From Camelus ferus (taxonomy: Eukaryota): a DNA stretch of 64,000 bases. Shown piece by piece: positions 12,663 through 24,989 of the stretch. Below the pieces are notes generated by a model. It did no database searches. It was not told where the DNA came from and was given only the letters and a program-made list of their open reading frames with translations. The stretch lies in assembly GCF_009834535.1 (NCBI RefSeq), contig NC_045696.1, positions 34,040,001 to 34,104,000 of the forward strand. Reading direction: 5' to 3'. The translations under genes were made by a program, and so were the position numbers. Numbering within the stretch: position 1 is the stretch's first letter; each line of letters opens with the position of its first letter.

Positions 12663-14389
12663 TTCAGATTATTTAATACTTGCCAATATAACCAGCAAGA
12701 GGCAGCATCTCATTTTTAAAATTTGCATTATTCAAATATGAGTGAAACTGGCCTTCTTTAGTGTGTTATTGTGGGTTTTTTTTTTTTTTGGTTAGTCTTT
12801 TCATACTCTATTAAAATATCCCTTGTACTTAGGAAATTATTCATTTTTCATAATGCTGGAAGCATTTTTACTATTCTGTTGTTTAGTATGTCTTGTAATG
12901 ACATTCCTGATATGCCTGTTTTCTTTCTTTCTTTCTTCCTTTTTTTTTTTTGCTAGCAGTTACATGTATGGTTTTTTCCTTTTCTTTTTGGCTTCTGAAT
13001 TCATGTCAGCCACAGATTTTTTTTTCTTCCTAAAGTATTAGAAGTTCTAGCAATGTTATTATTCTGTTACTTTTAATGGTTTTAGCTCTAAATCTTTGTT
13101 GCTGTATCCTAAGTGCCTAGGATAGAGCCTGGACAAAAAGTAAGTACTTGAAAACTTGTGTTAAACAAATAAAAATATGAGTTGATTTATGATTTATTTG
13201 GATGCAGGCAGCTTCATTCATTAAATATTTCAAATGGCTTGATAGTCTTCAGAAAACTATTCAAAACATAGATTTTACTCAGTTTAAGTGATTACTTTGC
13301 ATTTTATTAAATCCTGATACATTTTTGTATCTATGTCTGGACTTTGTTTTATGTTGTACTGCTGTCTTTGATTATACCTACACCATATCTAACTGTTCTA
13401 ACTTTTATAGTTTCATTACAGAATAAGCCCTTACAGTTAAAACAAAAGCTTATAGTTAAAACTACTCTTCACATTGTTTCAAAAATTCTTGCATTTTCTC
13501 CTTGATAAATGTAATTTCTTTCAAAAACATTCCCTTCTCTAAAATAATCCCCTTATTGTTTTTAATTTTGAGGAAAATTATTTTTGAACCCCAAACAGAA
13601 CTTACATAATAAGGTTTTAGCTTTGGGGAGCAGAACTCTCTTTTAAGTGTAGAATTCACTTATAAATATGGCTTTGCATATAGCTGTGAAAATATAATAT
13701 GCAAAAATTATATGACTTTCTATAATTACATTGAAAGATAAGTATGAACCTTGACTATGTGCCTAGATTGGCTTTCAAGTTTGTCCAAATAAAATGATAG
13801 TTTACTGTAATTCCAGTCAAATGTCAAGATTATCTTTTAAGATGAAAAAAATACATTAAATTATCTAGCACGGGATATAAGCATATATAGCTAAGATAAT
13901 TTGGAAAATGAATTTGGCAAATTCAATTTAAGGTGATTTTTCCTTTCTAGGTATTACATTATGATACATTTATTAGAGAAATAAAGTGAGTCAAAAAGCA
14001 TGAGAAGACTGATGGAATAAATAGCTTGGAAATAGAACCTATTCTGTCAATATTTATATAAATTAAGAGTTTGTAAATATGTAATTACAAATCTTTTTTT
14101 TTTTTTTAAAGCAAAGCTGAAGAAGGGACAAGGACGTGCCCCAAGGGTCTTGCCCCAGGGAGGGGCGCCTGGGGCTGAGAGAGGGGAGACAATCACATAT
14201 TTGATTAAAGGATAGGGGTGTCAGCCAGACTCCACCACCTATAGCCTCCCACCACACCAGGCACGTAATCCCATGAGAGGCTGACCCCTCAGGCCCCCAA
14301 ATCCCTACCAAATGAGTAGTCAATGAATGGTTTTGAAGCAACTGACTTCTTTTATTTTGAACAAGCTTACCTATATGCTTTTTTTGTTA

Positions 14390-14950
14390 GACCCTCAAAA
14401 TTTCATACCTAATCTCTGGAAACTGCATATGATGATGTATCACTCCCAAGATTATGTTATGTTACACAGGGCCCAGTTGACCTTAAATGAGGGGGATTAT
14501 CCAGGCGAACCTAATCTAATCACATGAGCCCTTTTAAAAGCAGAGTTTTCTACTTTATACTACAGCAGAAGAAGAAGTTGGAAACATCTTAGGAACATGG
14601 GAATGCAGCTTCCTGGCTTTGAGGACAGAGCAGGCCAAGTAAGATGTAGTGGGGTGGCTTTAAGTCACTGAAAGAAGTCCCCTGACTGACAGTCAGCAGG
14701 GAAATGGGAACCTCAGTCCTATAGCTGCATGGAACTCAATTCCATCAACAACCTAAATGAGCTCAGAAGAGAATTCTCCCAGAGAAGAGCCCAGCCTGGG
14801 AACTTCTTGCTTTCAGCCTGGTGAGACCCTAAGCAGAGATTCCAGGTGAGTCAACCTGGGGCTTCTGAACTACAGAGCTATCAGCTAATATGTTTGTGTT
14901 GCTTTAAGCTACCATGTATGTGGTAATTTGTTATGCAGTAATAGAAAGCT
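14390..14950 (+). mobile_element. MLT1E-type MaLR LTR
   Basis: gattatccaggcgaacctaatctaatcacatgagccc ... gtggtaatttgttatgcagtaatagaaa. Confidence 0.8.
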
Positions 14951-15134
14951 TTGTGGCCTAAAACATGTTTTTGGAATGTTTTTAATAAGAAGAAAAGAAA
15001 ATGTTTATGCTATAGTTAAGTGGAATTATAGGATCCGGACCTTACATATCATTTACACTCATAAAATGACCCTAGAAAAAAATAAATATACAAAAATATA
15101 CATAAACAGTGATTTATATAGTCAGGAGATTGGG

Positions 15135-15590
15135 GATTGTAGTCATCTTTTGGAGAGTTAACCTCCCATATCCTCTTCTTTGAAAACTACCTATTACCCA
15201 CAGCTGCTTTTGAAGATCTAGGTTTTAAATGTACCTGCTGGTAGGCACCAGACCCAAGCTAAGCCAACTAAATCCTCTGTTCATGAGAATTTGAAACCAG
15301 AATTCATGATAAAACTAAGACTGAGTTAGTCATTTTCTACTACATACACATATATATACATGTATACTGAAGCAGCAAGAGCAAATTTACAGAGAAAGGA
15401 GGTAAAGCTGACAAACAGAAAGGGGAAATGAGATCTTTGTAGCTCCTCACTCTTCCCTTTTAAGTTTCCTCTGTCTTTTCTGGTTCTGGATTTCATGAAA
15501 GTCCCTGTATCTGTCCACAGTGTCCCCTCTGGCTTTAGCTTGTTTGAGTAGGTTTATGTTTTTTACAACCAAAACAACTCACAGAAAAAC
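15135..15590 (+). mobile_element. Old MLT1 (J/K/L-like) LTR
   Basis: gacccaagctaagccaact ... tagcttgtttgagtaggtttatgttttttacaaccaaaa. Confidence 0.5.
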
Positions 15591-16422
15591 ATGATGGATT
15601 ATTTAAATTGTCTTTTGTATACTGTTTTAAATTATCCAAAAACTTTATATTACAAATACAGAATTTTTTAATCAAGCAAAAGAAATTTTTATTTAGAAAT
15701 GTGTACAAAAAAATGCAAGAAAAAATTTTTAAAAATCAAACAATACAGCTGATGGTCAATGTGAAAATATGTTTACACATATTTACAATGCATCTAAGTC
15801 CCAAAAGATCTGAGGTGACTGAGAGAAAAATACATTTCCTGTAGGCAAAATTTATTTGAAAAAATAAAATTAAGCTAATTAAAGAGTTGGTAGATATTAT
15901 GCCAGGAAATTGGGACAAGGAAACGATAGCAACTGAACATAAAATTTGATTGAGAGTTTTGTAGCAGTCATGGGGGAGAGAAAGCACAATGAGTGATTGT
16001 CTATTGTCTGATTAAAGGAAGCATCTCAGTTTTTTGGAATATACAAATTTCTCCCTGGTTGTTTAAATGGAGCTTCTATAATACATACCATTATAGAACA
16101 ATAGAAGGTGCACACTAGAAAGGTAAAAATGATAATGTATGTCATCTAAGTCTTTCATTTTGCCCCCTGGAAATTTATATCTTAGCAAGGTAAAGCAATA
16201 TGCCTTGGGTCAGATAGAAATAAGAGTATTTTGGTAGACGATGCAGAAATATTTTCTTACATGACTGCCTCTTTACATTGCATCATTTAAATTACCATTT
16301 TTTCAAGTCATTTCTAGGGTAATACAAGTGCATAATCTTAGTGTGTAGCTTGGCAGTTAAACAAATATGAAGCTTAGACAATCAAAGAGATGGCAGCTTG
16401 ACATGCATTTTGTTTTTTCTAG

Positions 16423-16480
16423 CTCAGCAATAAACTTGGCTTCTAACTCAGTCTTGAATCGATGGCTCCCACCAATATGA
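16423..16480 (+). CDS. Terminal coding exon of unidentified + strand gene; (H)SAINLASNSVLNRWLPPI*
   Basis: Strong acceptor tttgttttttctag|C; phase 2 matches exon 8780-8839; TGA at 16478-16480 followed by ATTAAA. Confidence 0.65.
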
Positions 16481-16536
16481 AATAAGACAGCTAATCTTTC
16501 AATGACAATCTGGAGTTCAAACATTCTGTACTCTTG

Positions 16537-16542
16537 ATTAAA
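16537..16542 (+). terminator. Candidate polyadenylation signal ATTAAA of the + strand gene
   Basis: Lies 56 nt after the stop codon, with GT-rich ggtgtgtaggtgg about 27 nt downstream. Confidence 0.5.
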
Positions 16543-17619
16543 GTGAGAGTCACATATGTTAAATCGCAGGTGTGTAGGTGGCAAGGTAACATCCACATGA
16601 TAAAAAAAAATAGAGAGTTTGTATTCTTGCCCAAGTAGAGGGTACTTCTGCTTACCAACTTTGGGCAAAATGGTGCATGTATTAAGAGAAAAACATGATA
16701 GCCCAGAGAGTGATAATGTAGACTTAGAAAGTAAATTCATATTACCCAAGCATTAGAACTAAAATCCATCCAGGTGAACCTCTAAGAAATGTTTTTAGTT
16801 TATTTGTGATACATAAAATCCAAAGTTGGTGGAAAATAACATAAGTGCAGTAAAAAAAAAAAAAAAAAAAAAAAAAGAATAGGTATTGACCTGAATCTTA
16901 TCAAGTTTCACACACAGTCATCTTTTTTTTTTTTTTCTTTAGCAGAACATTTAAGCTCCATTTGAATGGTTTATAGGTCTGAATTTTCAAGGGTGCTGAA
17001 GAAAAGCAACAGTTTTATTTCTGCTCCATAGATATTACCTTCCTATTACTGCCAAAAACCAAGGTCATGGAGGTGATTTGGCCAAAGGCCCAGTGTAATC
17101 AAAGTCACTCCAGGTAAAGTGAAACGTTTAATTATAACCTTCATTTTCCAAATGCCTTATTCACTAAATGGTTGATTAAACATGGACACAGGCTGCCAGG
17201 GGTGATTGTGGTCTCCATGCAGACAGATGAAGAAAATTAAAGAAAAGAGCCTGTTCCCTGTAGTTCTTAGCTGAATGAGAATCATTCTTGAGCAAATATA
17301 TAAGTGAGTAAAAATGAAGGATAAATGTGAAAAAGGGGCAGACAGAAACTGATAGATAAACTAAGGGTGAGCATGGCTTTCCTTGACAATATCACATTAA
17401 CAGTAATAGAAGTTAAGAAGAAACAAGGATTTGATTTTAATATGCAGGGTCTATGCCAAGGCAATGGCTGCAAGAATCGATAAAACATGGCCTGATATTA
17501 AAATTCTGATAAAAAGAGAGAGGAGTTAACACAAATCAATATGGGGATATAGTTGGTGCACAATCTTTATGTATTTTAAAAGTTTAGAGAGTGAGAATGT
17601 GATTTGGGAAATAAAAATA

Positions 17620-18210
17620 AAGGAAAGGCAAAATTACACTTATATTTATTTGTAAAATCAAAAAATACTGGAAAAAAGAAATATAAAAATATATAACTTA
17701 TGGGCCCTCAATTCCTCTTGTAATACTACCCTACATAAATAATAGAATATAAATATATGTATATACATGTATGTATATTGGTAGATATAAACACACACAC
17801 AGATATGTACATATATATCTGGGTTTATTGCAGTATTGTTTGCATTAGCAAAAATTTGAAATAATCAGAAGTATCATCAATGTTATGCATCTTTTTAAAG
17901 GAAATGCATCATACGTAATAAACTACTTTTAAGTGAAAAAGTAGGTTACACACTGATATGTAATAAGAAATGTATATATACATGCACACATGTGTATATA
18001 AAAAGATATTTGTGAAAGCAGATATGTGTGTTGATATGCATATCAGTATATCTGTAGAAGCAGAGGAGAAACTGGAGAAGGATGTACAATTCTTACCAAT
18101 TTCAATTTTGGAAGGTGGAACTGGGAGGGGTGAATGGAAGGGCTTTTAGTTTCTTTGATAATTTTGAAGTTAATGGTATATGGGTAAATATGTAGTTTTT
18201 ATAAATTTCT
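17620..18210 (+). mobile_element. Old L1ME-like 3' end
   Basis: caattcctcttgtaatactaccc and gtttattgcagtattgtttgcattagcaaaaatttgaaataatc. Confidence 0.55.
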
Positions 18211-19814
18211 AAATTTTTCTCATCTAAAAATTGATTTTGGATTATCTACCATCTTCATATGAGCTATCTGATTTTCATTGATAGACTGTGTAGTTTTAGA
18301 CATTTTTTATGATGTTATGAGACAAACATATCTAATATATCTTCCACTAGAGGAAGGAAGACCATGATTTTTACATTAATACATAATTTTTGTGTTTTAC
18401 AATTTAATAAGAATATAGCAGAAAAGGACAAATATTCAGGCAAGATTACTGAATACACACAGACTCTAACACTGGCAAAAAGACAGCTATTTCTTTAAAA
18501 TATTAAAAAGCAATAAAAGGAATTGAAGCCAAATTCATCAGACATAAAAGAAAATGACAGAAAAACCTCATTCAAAAGATATGAGATTTGTTGAATTATA
18601 AAAGCCATATTCAAGTAGTCATCAGAGGATTTGTTGAACTATTGAATGGACTGTCACAAAATCAGTGAAAAGTGGGCCCGGTGATATTCTTGCATGTATG
18701 AAAACAAAAATAAAAGCTATAAGGAAAACGATAAAAGAGGCTGTAAAATCAATGAAAAGGACAATAAAAGGGGGGCAATCTAGAGAAAATGAGAAGGGTG
18801 GATGCAAGCTATATGATTTCTACTTGGCAAAGAACATATAAAGATGAGTGGCAAGCTACAGCTACACAGAAACCTTGCCTAAAAGGAAAAGCAGAGGAAG
18901 TGAAAAGAACCTCAGGATCTCACAACCCAAGAGCCAAGGCAACGTATGATGTTGAACGTTAATAGATGCAAAAGAAGCTGATCAGGAAATGAATCATATC
19001 CGCCTTTCACCAAGATGAGAAATAAACAGGAACAGTCAAGAGACTAATAAAATTGTATCTCTGTTTTATTAATCAGCAGTTTCATAGAAGCTCATTTATG
19101 AAGGAAAAAGAAGAAAGTCTTGGTATCCAGAGGGAATATACTTTAAGAACTTCTTTTTGTTGTTATAAAGCCTTTGAGAAGGAACACCCATAAAGCCTGC
19201 ATCCCTCTGTATAAAGATTGTATATAAAGGAACTAGAAAAGATCCACTCATCTAAAATTACTGTTTCGCTCCCAGTCTGGCTATCTGCCTTTAATTTCCT
19301 CTTCATCCTTCTTTTTTTTAAATTTAACTCATGGCTTTGGATAACTGTGCTTTATTTCTTCAACTCCAAAATAGATACTTTGTAGAATATTTTACTGCTA
19401 TCTTCATTAGGCTTTTAGCCAACCTACATGTAGTTTCTCCAATTAAAATGATTATAAAAAATTATCTCAGTCATAGAAGAGTTGAATAATATAGCATCTC
19501 CTCTTTGGTGGGTGGAAATTAAACAGAAAAGTTGATAAGGTCTTAAAATGTTGGCTGAATTTGTAGTTTTGATAGTGCTAAAATGCAATTATGTTTATTC
19601 AAAAGAAATGAGTAGTGGCAGATGTAGTATAAAAATATTCTTTGATATTTCACTGCACTTATGATGAGACGCATGGTCTCTGGGGTAAAAAAAAAAAAAA
19701 AAGGAATCAGACACCTCTGAGAGAGTTAACTACAGCCTCTGAGCTGTGCTGTGCTATGTTCCCCCCAACTTTTTTTTTTTACTTTGTTCTATTTATTGGG
19801 TATGTAATTTTTAA

Positions 19815-20155
19815 AATTTTATTTTTATTGAAGTGTAGTTGATTTACAATGTTAGTTTCAGGTGTACAGCAAAGCAATTCAGTTATATATATACATACTT
19901 TTTTTCAGGTTCTTTTCCATTATATGTGATTACAAGAAATTGGATTGTAATTTTGTTTATTGAAGTATAGTTGATTTACAATGTTGTATTAGTTTCTGGT
20001 GTACAGCAGTGATTCAGCTCTACATATATATATTTCATATTCTTTTTCATTATAGATTATTATAAGCTATTGAATACAGTTCCTGGTGCTGTACTGTAGG
20101 ATATTGTTGTTCATCCATTCTGTATACAGTAGTTTGTATCTGCTAATCTCAAGAA
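19815..20155 (-). mobile_element. Two tandem, very short artiodactyl-type L1 3' ends
   Basis: ttattgaagt(g/a)tagttgatttacaatgtt...ggtgtacagca occurs twice (~19825 and ~19957). Confidence 0.8.
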
Positions 20156-20649
20156 TTTATGTTCTTGCTCTAACTTGCACAGTTCTTGAGTGTGAAGGTC
20201 ACTAACGGGGCAAAATAAGTGTGCGTCTGAGCAAATTAATACAGAAGTGATTCGAAGTTAACAAAGTCAAATTAATGAAATACATATGTACTACCATACA
20301 CACTAGGGATAAGGAGGTAAACAAAGGTAGACCTTTCATAAAGCTTTCCTAGCCTCATGGAGAGAGACCCATGAACGGGTAGCTATAACAGAACATGGCA
20401 GGGTAAGAAGACCTGTACCAAGAAGTGTGGTGGGAATGAAGAGACACCCCTCACCTCCCATTTGTCTGTTGAACTTACTGCTCTCTTTGCTCCTCCAAGG
20501 TGCATAGCATTCTTGATATCACATGCTTTAAGTGTCTTCCATCTGGATTATTTCTCAATCCTTTGATTCCTTGCAGGTCTCTACTGATCCCACTCTCCTG
20601 ACTCCTCCTCCCTTCCTTCTGCTTTTTGTCGTGGGTGGGGGATAATTCA

Positions 20650-20875
20650 CTTTTTTTAATTTAAACTTTTTTTAAATGGAGTATAGTTAGTTTACAATGT
20701 TGTATCAATTTCTGGTGTACAGCATCATGTTTCAGTCATACATATACATACATATATTCATTTTCATATTCTTTTTCATTCTAGGTTACTACAAGATATT
20801 GAATACAGTTCCCTGTGCTCTACAGTAGAAACTTGTTGTTTATCTAGTTTATATATAGTAGTTAGTATTTGCAAA
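20650..20875 (-). mobile_element. Short L1 3' end (camelid/artiodactyl type)
   Basis: tagtttacaatgttgtatcaatttctggtgtacagca ... ttactacaagatattgaatacagttccctgtgct. Confidence 0.85.
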
Positions 20876-22141
20876 GTGCTCATTCCTAAACCCTCTAAAT
20901 GACAGATGACAGTGGTTTTGAGGACGATGGAGTTGAGTGGAAGAGTATGGAAGAAACAGAGCAATTTGAAAGCTGTTGCAAAAGCCTTGAGAGGATGTGC
21001 AAGAAGGGCTTCATGAATCTCTCACTAAAGTGGCTTGAAGCATCATTAGAACTTCAACAGGCAGAGCCTGGGGGAACGTGCTAGTCAAATGGATGGAATG
21101 TTTTAAGTGAAAGGACAGCTGTTTAACTTGGTTATGGCAGAAGGAGGAGCAAAACATATTTGAGATCTAGGCCTGAATATTAGGGAAATTATTGGTCATT
21201 TTCAATTTGATATCCTGCTATCACTAGAAAACACTTTGCCCAGAAACCATAGTGGAAATCTAATCAAATTCCAAATCTCAGGGTCATTTTGAATTTATTG
21301 TTAGGGAGAGCATTGAAAACTAATAATTAAGCAGTATTTCTAGCTAAAATTCCATGATTCTCAAAAATTCTTATGCCATGAGATAAGAATGGCCTTATTT
21401 TGGAAGAACCCTTTCTTCAGGGCCATTGGAAAGGATTCAGCTTATTAAAATTTTAATGGTCTGTCAATAAGGAGAGTGAAATGCAATTGGTTTTTTCCTT
21501 TTCTCTTTTGGAAGATTTTCATCCCTCTTAAACCTTCTCAAGAATTAAGTCAGGCAAAGTTTGCTTTTCTCTTTGGAATTTTTAAAATGTATACATCTTT
21601 TCAACCCTCTCTTTTCACTGATTTCACATTTTGTGAAAAGCATATTATAGAAATACTTACATACAAATTGTAGTTAGGCTAGAGATAAACATATTTTTAA
21701 TTGACCTGTAATATTTACATTTAAATTTGGTCTTTTCTGTGATTCTGCCCTATTCTCTTTACTACCAATTCTCAGCCATCCTTCAAGGTCAATGTCAAGA
21801 CTTTTATTTTCCCCAATAAAGCCCCTTTTTGACCTCTCTTTTGAACCCCAAACCATGATTTTCTGTATGTCATACATAGTTTTGTTATATTATTCAAATA
21901 TTTCACTTGTATTTATAATCTTTTCAAGCAAATTATTCTTTCTTCTAGAGCATTATTTTCTGAATCAAGATCTGTCAGTGGATTATGACATCAACGAGGG
22001 CTGTGATAATATTTAAAAAAAAGTGAAAATGAAAGAAAAAGAAAAAAGGAGAAATAGATTAGAAAAGATCAGACTAATGCATCTAATAAGTGTGACTATT
22101 GTTTGATTAAATTAAAGTTGCATTTGTTTGGGGGGGTGTTC

Positions 22142-22142
<1 letters not shown>

Positions 22143-22182
<40 letters not shown>
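22143..22182. repeat. (TG)20 microsatellite
   Basis: Perfect dinucleotide run. Confidence 0.97.
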
Positions 22183-22186
<4 letters not shown>

Positions 22187-23382
22187 AGAGCATCCAGATA
22201 CAGGGACTGTGACCACTACCTAGAGAATGAAGCATGGCAAATTCTTTCTATCTTAATCAGGAACCATTGAATCGCAATGGCTCTGAGTCATTGTGGTGTG
22301 ATGCACACAGAGTCCTAACTAAAGAAACCAAAGTTCCATGAGCAGTGGCCTGTGAGATTCTCAATAAAATAGAAAAAGAAATAATCATATTACATTAAAA
22401 ATGGAAAATAAAGCAATAATTTGGGAACCACGGGCCAAAATATCTAAATATCATAACAAAATTTCTAAATAATTGAGGGTAAAATGGGGTTCAACAAGAG
22501 TGGTAGCAAATAAAATAGAAAAAAAAAGAGGGGAAGCTATAAGACAAATTATGAAATAAGAATTTACGGTACTTTATCAGGAGAGTAATTGGCTCGATGG
22601 TAATTTGTTATGACGCAATAATCTGGCTACCTCTCTTACTGAGGCCCACTTTACACTCACTCCTGTATTATTGACCATAATTTTAAAGTTCCTAGTTTTG
22701 CTTGCAAATAATTAATTATTTAAAATATTCCTCTTATTATTTCTAAATAATAGTTTTATATTTCCAAAAATTCTGAGACTGTTATATTGATATAGAACAT
22801 AATATGTGGTTTTAATTTTATTTTTAAAGGGTTGGTTCCTTATTCTAATATCCTAATAAAGGAATAATAATAATGTTTTTTATTAGAGTAATGAAAATAA
22901 GCTAAATAGAATACTCAAAAATAGAAATAAACAAACATGCTCACCATTTGGCATTCAGGATGTTACTATATATGAATCATGAATCATTCCCCTTGGCCTA
23001 TTTAACTTCATCTTGTATCAATTCCTGTATCAGTTTTGATTTCCTGCTGACTTTTCTCTGTGACTTTGCTTTGTAAAAATGGGATTATCCCTTCTCTTCT
23101 TTCAAGAACTCACTCAGGTGTCTCCTCTTCCAGAAAGTCTTCCTTGACCACTACATCTGACTAAGGGTGTCTCTCTTCTGTGATTCTCCCCCATTTCACT
23201 GATTTTAGTGTATTTGACTCCAAACACTAGTAGGATAAGAATTCTTCTATGTAGGGGGGAAATTCTTATCTATTTTTATATCCCTAGACATAAAATGCTT
23301 GATTAATTGCTTGATTAGATTTAAGGGTTACCAGCATTTTAACCAATAGCGAATACGTATTTGCACGCAGATCAACGTGCTC

Positions 23383-23399
23383 GCCACTGGATGTCACTC
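23383..23399 (+). promoter_or_regulatory. Putative CTCF-binding motif next to a CpG-retaining patch
   Basis: gccactggatgtcactc resembles the CCACTAGATGGCAG/CCACTAGATGTCAC core; 5 CpGs within 23350-23383. Confidence 0.4.
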
Positions 23400-23419
23400 T
23401 TAATCACCATGATGTTCTT

Positions 23420-24230
23420 GGATAAGTCCACAAAGCCTTGTGTGCAATTTTGAAAACCAAAATCTCAGAAAACCAAGAGTTATTTTAACATTTTGGAAGG
23501 GAAAAGCCTGACCTGACTCGAACTTATTTTGTGACAAAATTAGACTTTAGACTCTTTATAATCTGCCTTTTTCACTTAGTGTAAATATCGATGTGATTGA
23601 TTACATGGTGCTACCCAAACCCCTTGAGAAAGGTTATATAATATTTGAAGTACGCTTCACATTACATTTCTCAAATACAACAGGTTATGACTTTAGAAAA
23701 ACATCTGGCCCAAGATTTTTTTTAAAGATCATCTTATTTTTTTCCCCTGCTTTATTGAGGAATCATTGACTAATATGATTATATATATTTAAAATATACA
23801 ACATGATGATTTGATATACGTATACATTGTTAAATGATATCAAGATCAAGATAATTAGCACATACACCACCTCACTTAGTTAACTCTGTGTGTGTGTGTG
23901 TTGGTGAGAAAACTTAAAATCTACTCTCAGCAAATTTCAAGTATACAATATTGTATATTAATTATAGCCGTCATGCTGCACACTAGAACCTCAGAGCTTA
24001 TTCATTTAACAATGTGAAGTTTGTATCCTTTGACATACACCTCCCCATTTCCTCCTTTCCTCAGCCCCTACCTGGAAACCCCCATTCTATTCTGTTTCTG
24101 TAAAATCTGCCTTTTTTTTTTTTTTTTTTTTTTAGATTCCACATATAAGTGATACCATACAGTATTTGTGGTATTTGATTTTTTCTGTTTTGACCCAAGG
24201 GTTTTTGATAAATGACTCCTTGTCCTGCAC
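23420..24230. mobile_element. Old Tigger-like DNA transposon split by a - strand L1 3' end (~23715-24190)
   Basis: Halves resemble the element at 47530-47720; insertion is flanked by TSD-like tggcccaag (23706) and tgacccaag (24191); L1MA-like ctactctcagcaaatttcaagtatacaata. Confidence 0.6.
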
Positions 24231-24989
24231 CCCTGCACCAGTACTCTTCTTGTTATTTTTCAGGAAACGTGATAATGATAGTGATAATAAAAGCCTTCAT
24301 TAAGTTGTAGACTATGTATCTATGATAGCGCCAATTCCTTCCATCTTTACATGGGGCCTCTGCATCTAATTCCGATGCTGTAAAGCTTATTATTTTAACC
24401 TTCACAGTAAAAGTTAATGTAAAAATTAAACTTTGAGAACATATATGCCTTTTGCTAAATTTTAGTAACAAAATATGGTCTACATACAAAGATACTTCTT
24501 AAGTTTTCCTATCTAACTCCTGATTTTTGTGACTAGGTTCTAATATGACTGACTTCTTATATTTAAAATTATCTTTTCATCTCTCTCATGATATATTTAA
24601 ATGACATGTAAATGAGCTGGTCCCACATATTATGTATTTTTACAATTGTAGAAATATCTTTGATAGCTCTTATCAGTATCCTAGTTTGAAATATTTCATA
24701 AATAAGTAGAACATAAAGAGAATTTTTAAAAAGTTTCACCCTGTCACTGCTGTCTTCCTGTTTCCCCCCAAAATATATGAACTTATTTTGAAAGATTATC
24801 CCTCAAAATCTATGAGTACTAAAGTTAACCTTTAAAATTTTCTCCTTGGTAAGATGATCAGATATCAGTTCCCTTGTTTCCTGACAACAGGCATTGCTTA
24901 TTCATGTATTTTATATTGCTCTCAAAACTACTGTTTTATTTCTTGGCATGTTATAGAAACCTCTGTGAGGAACCAGGGGAAGAGCTACA

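Noticed and set aside
18630..18850. Lysine-rich open stretch on + (MKTKIKAIRKTIKEAVK...)
   Set aside because: A-rich low-complexity sequence without convincing splice sites; possibly an ancient LINE remnant
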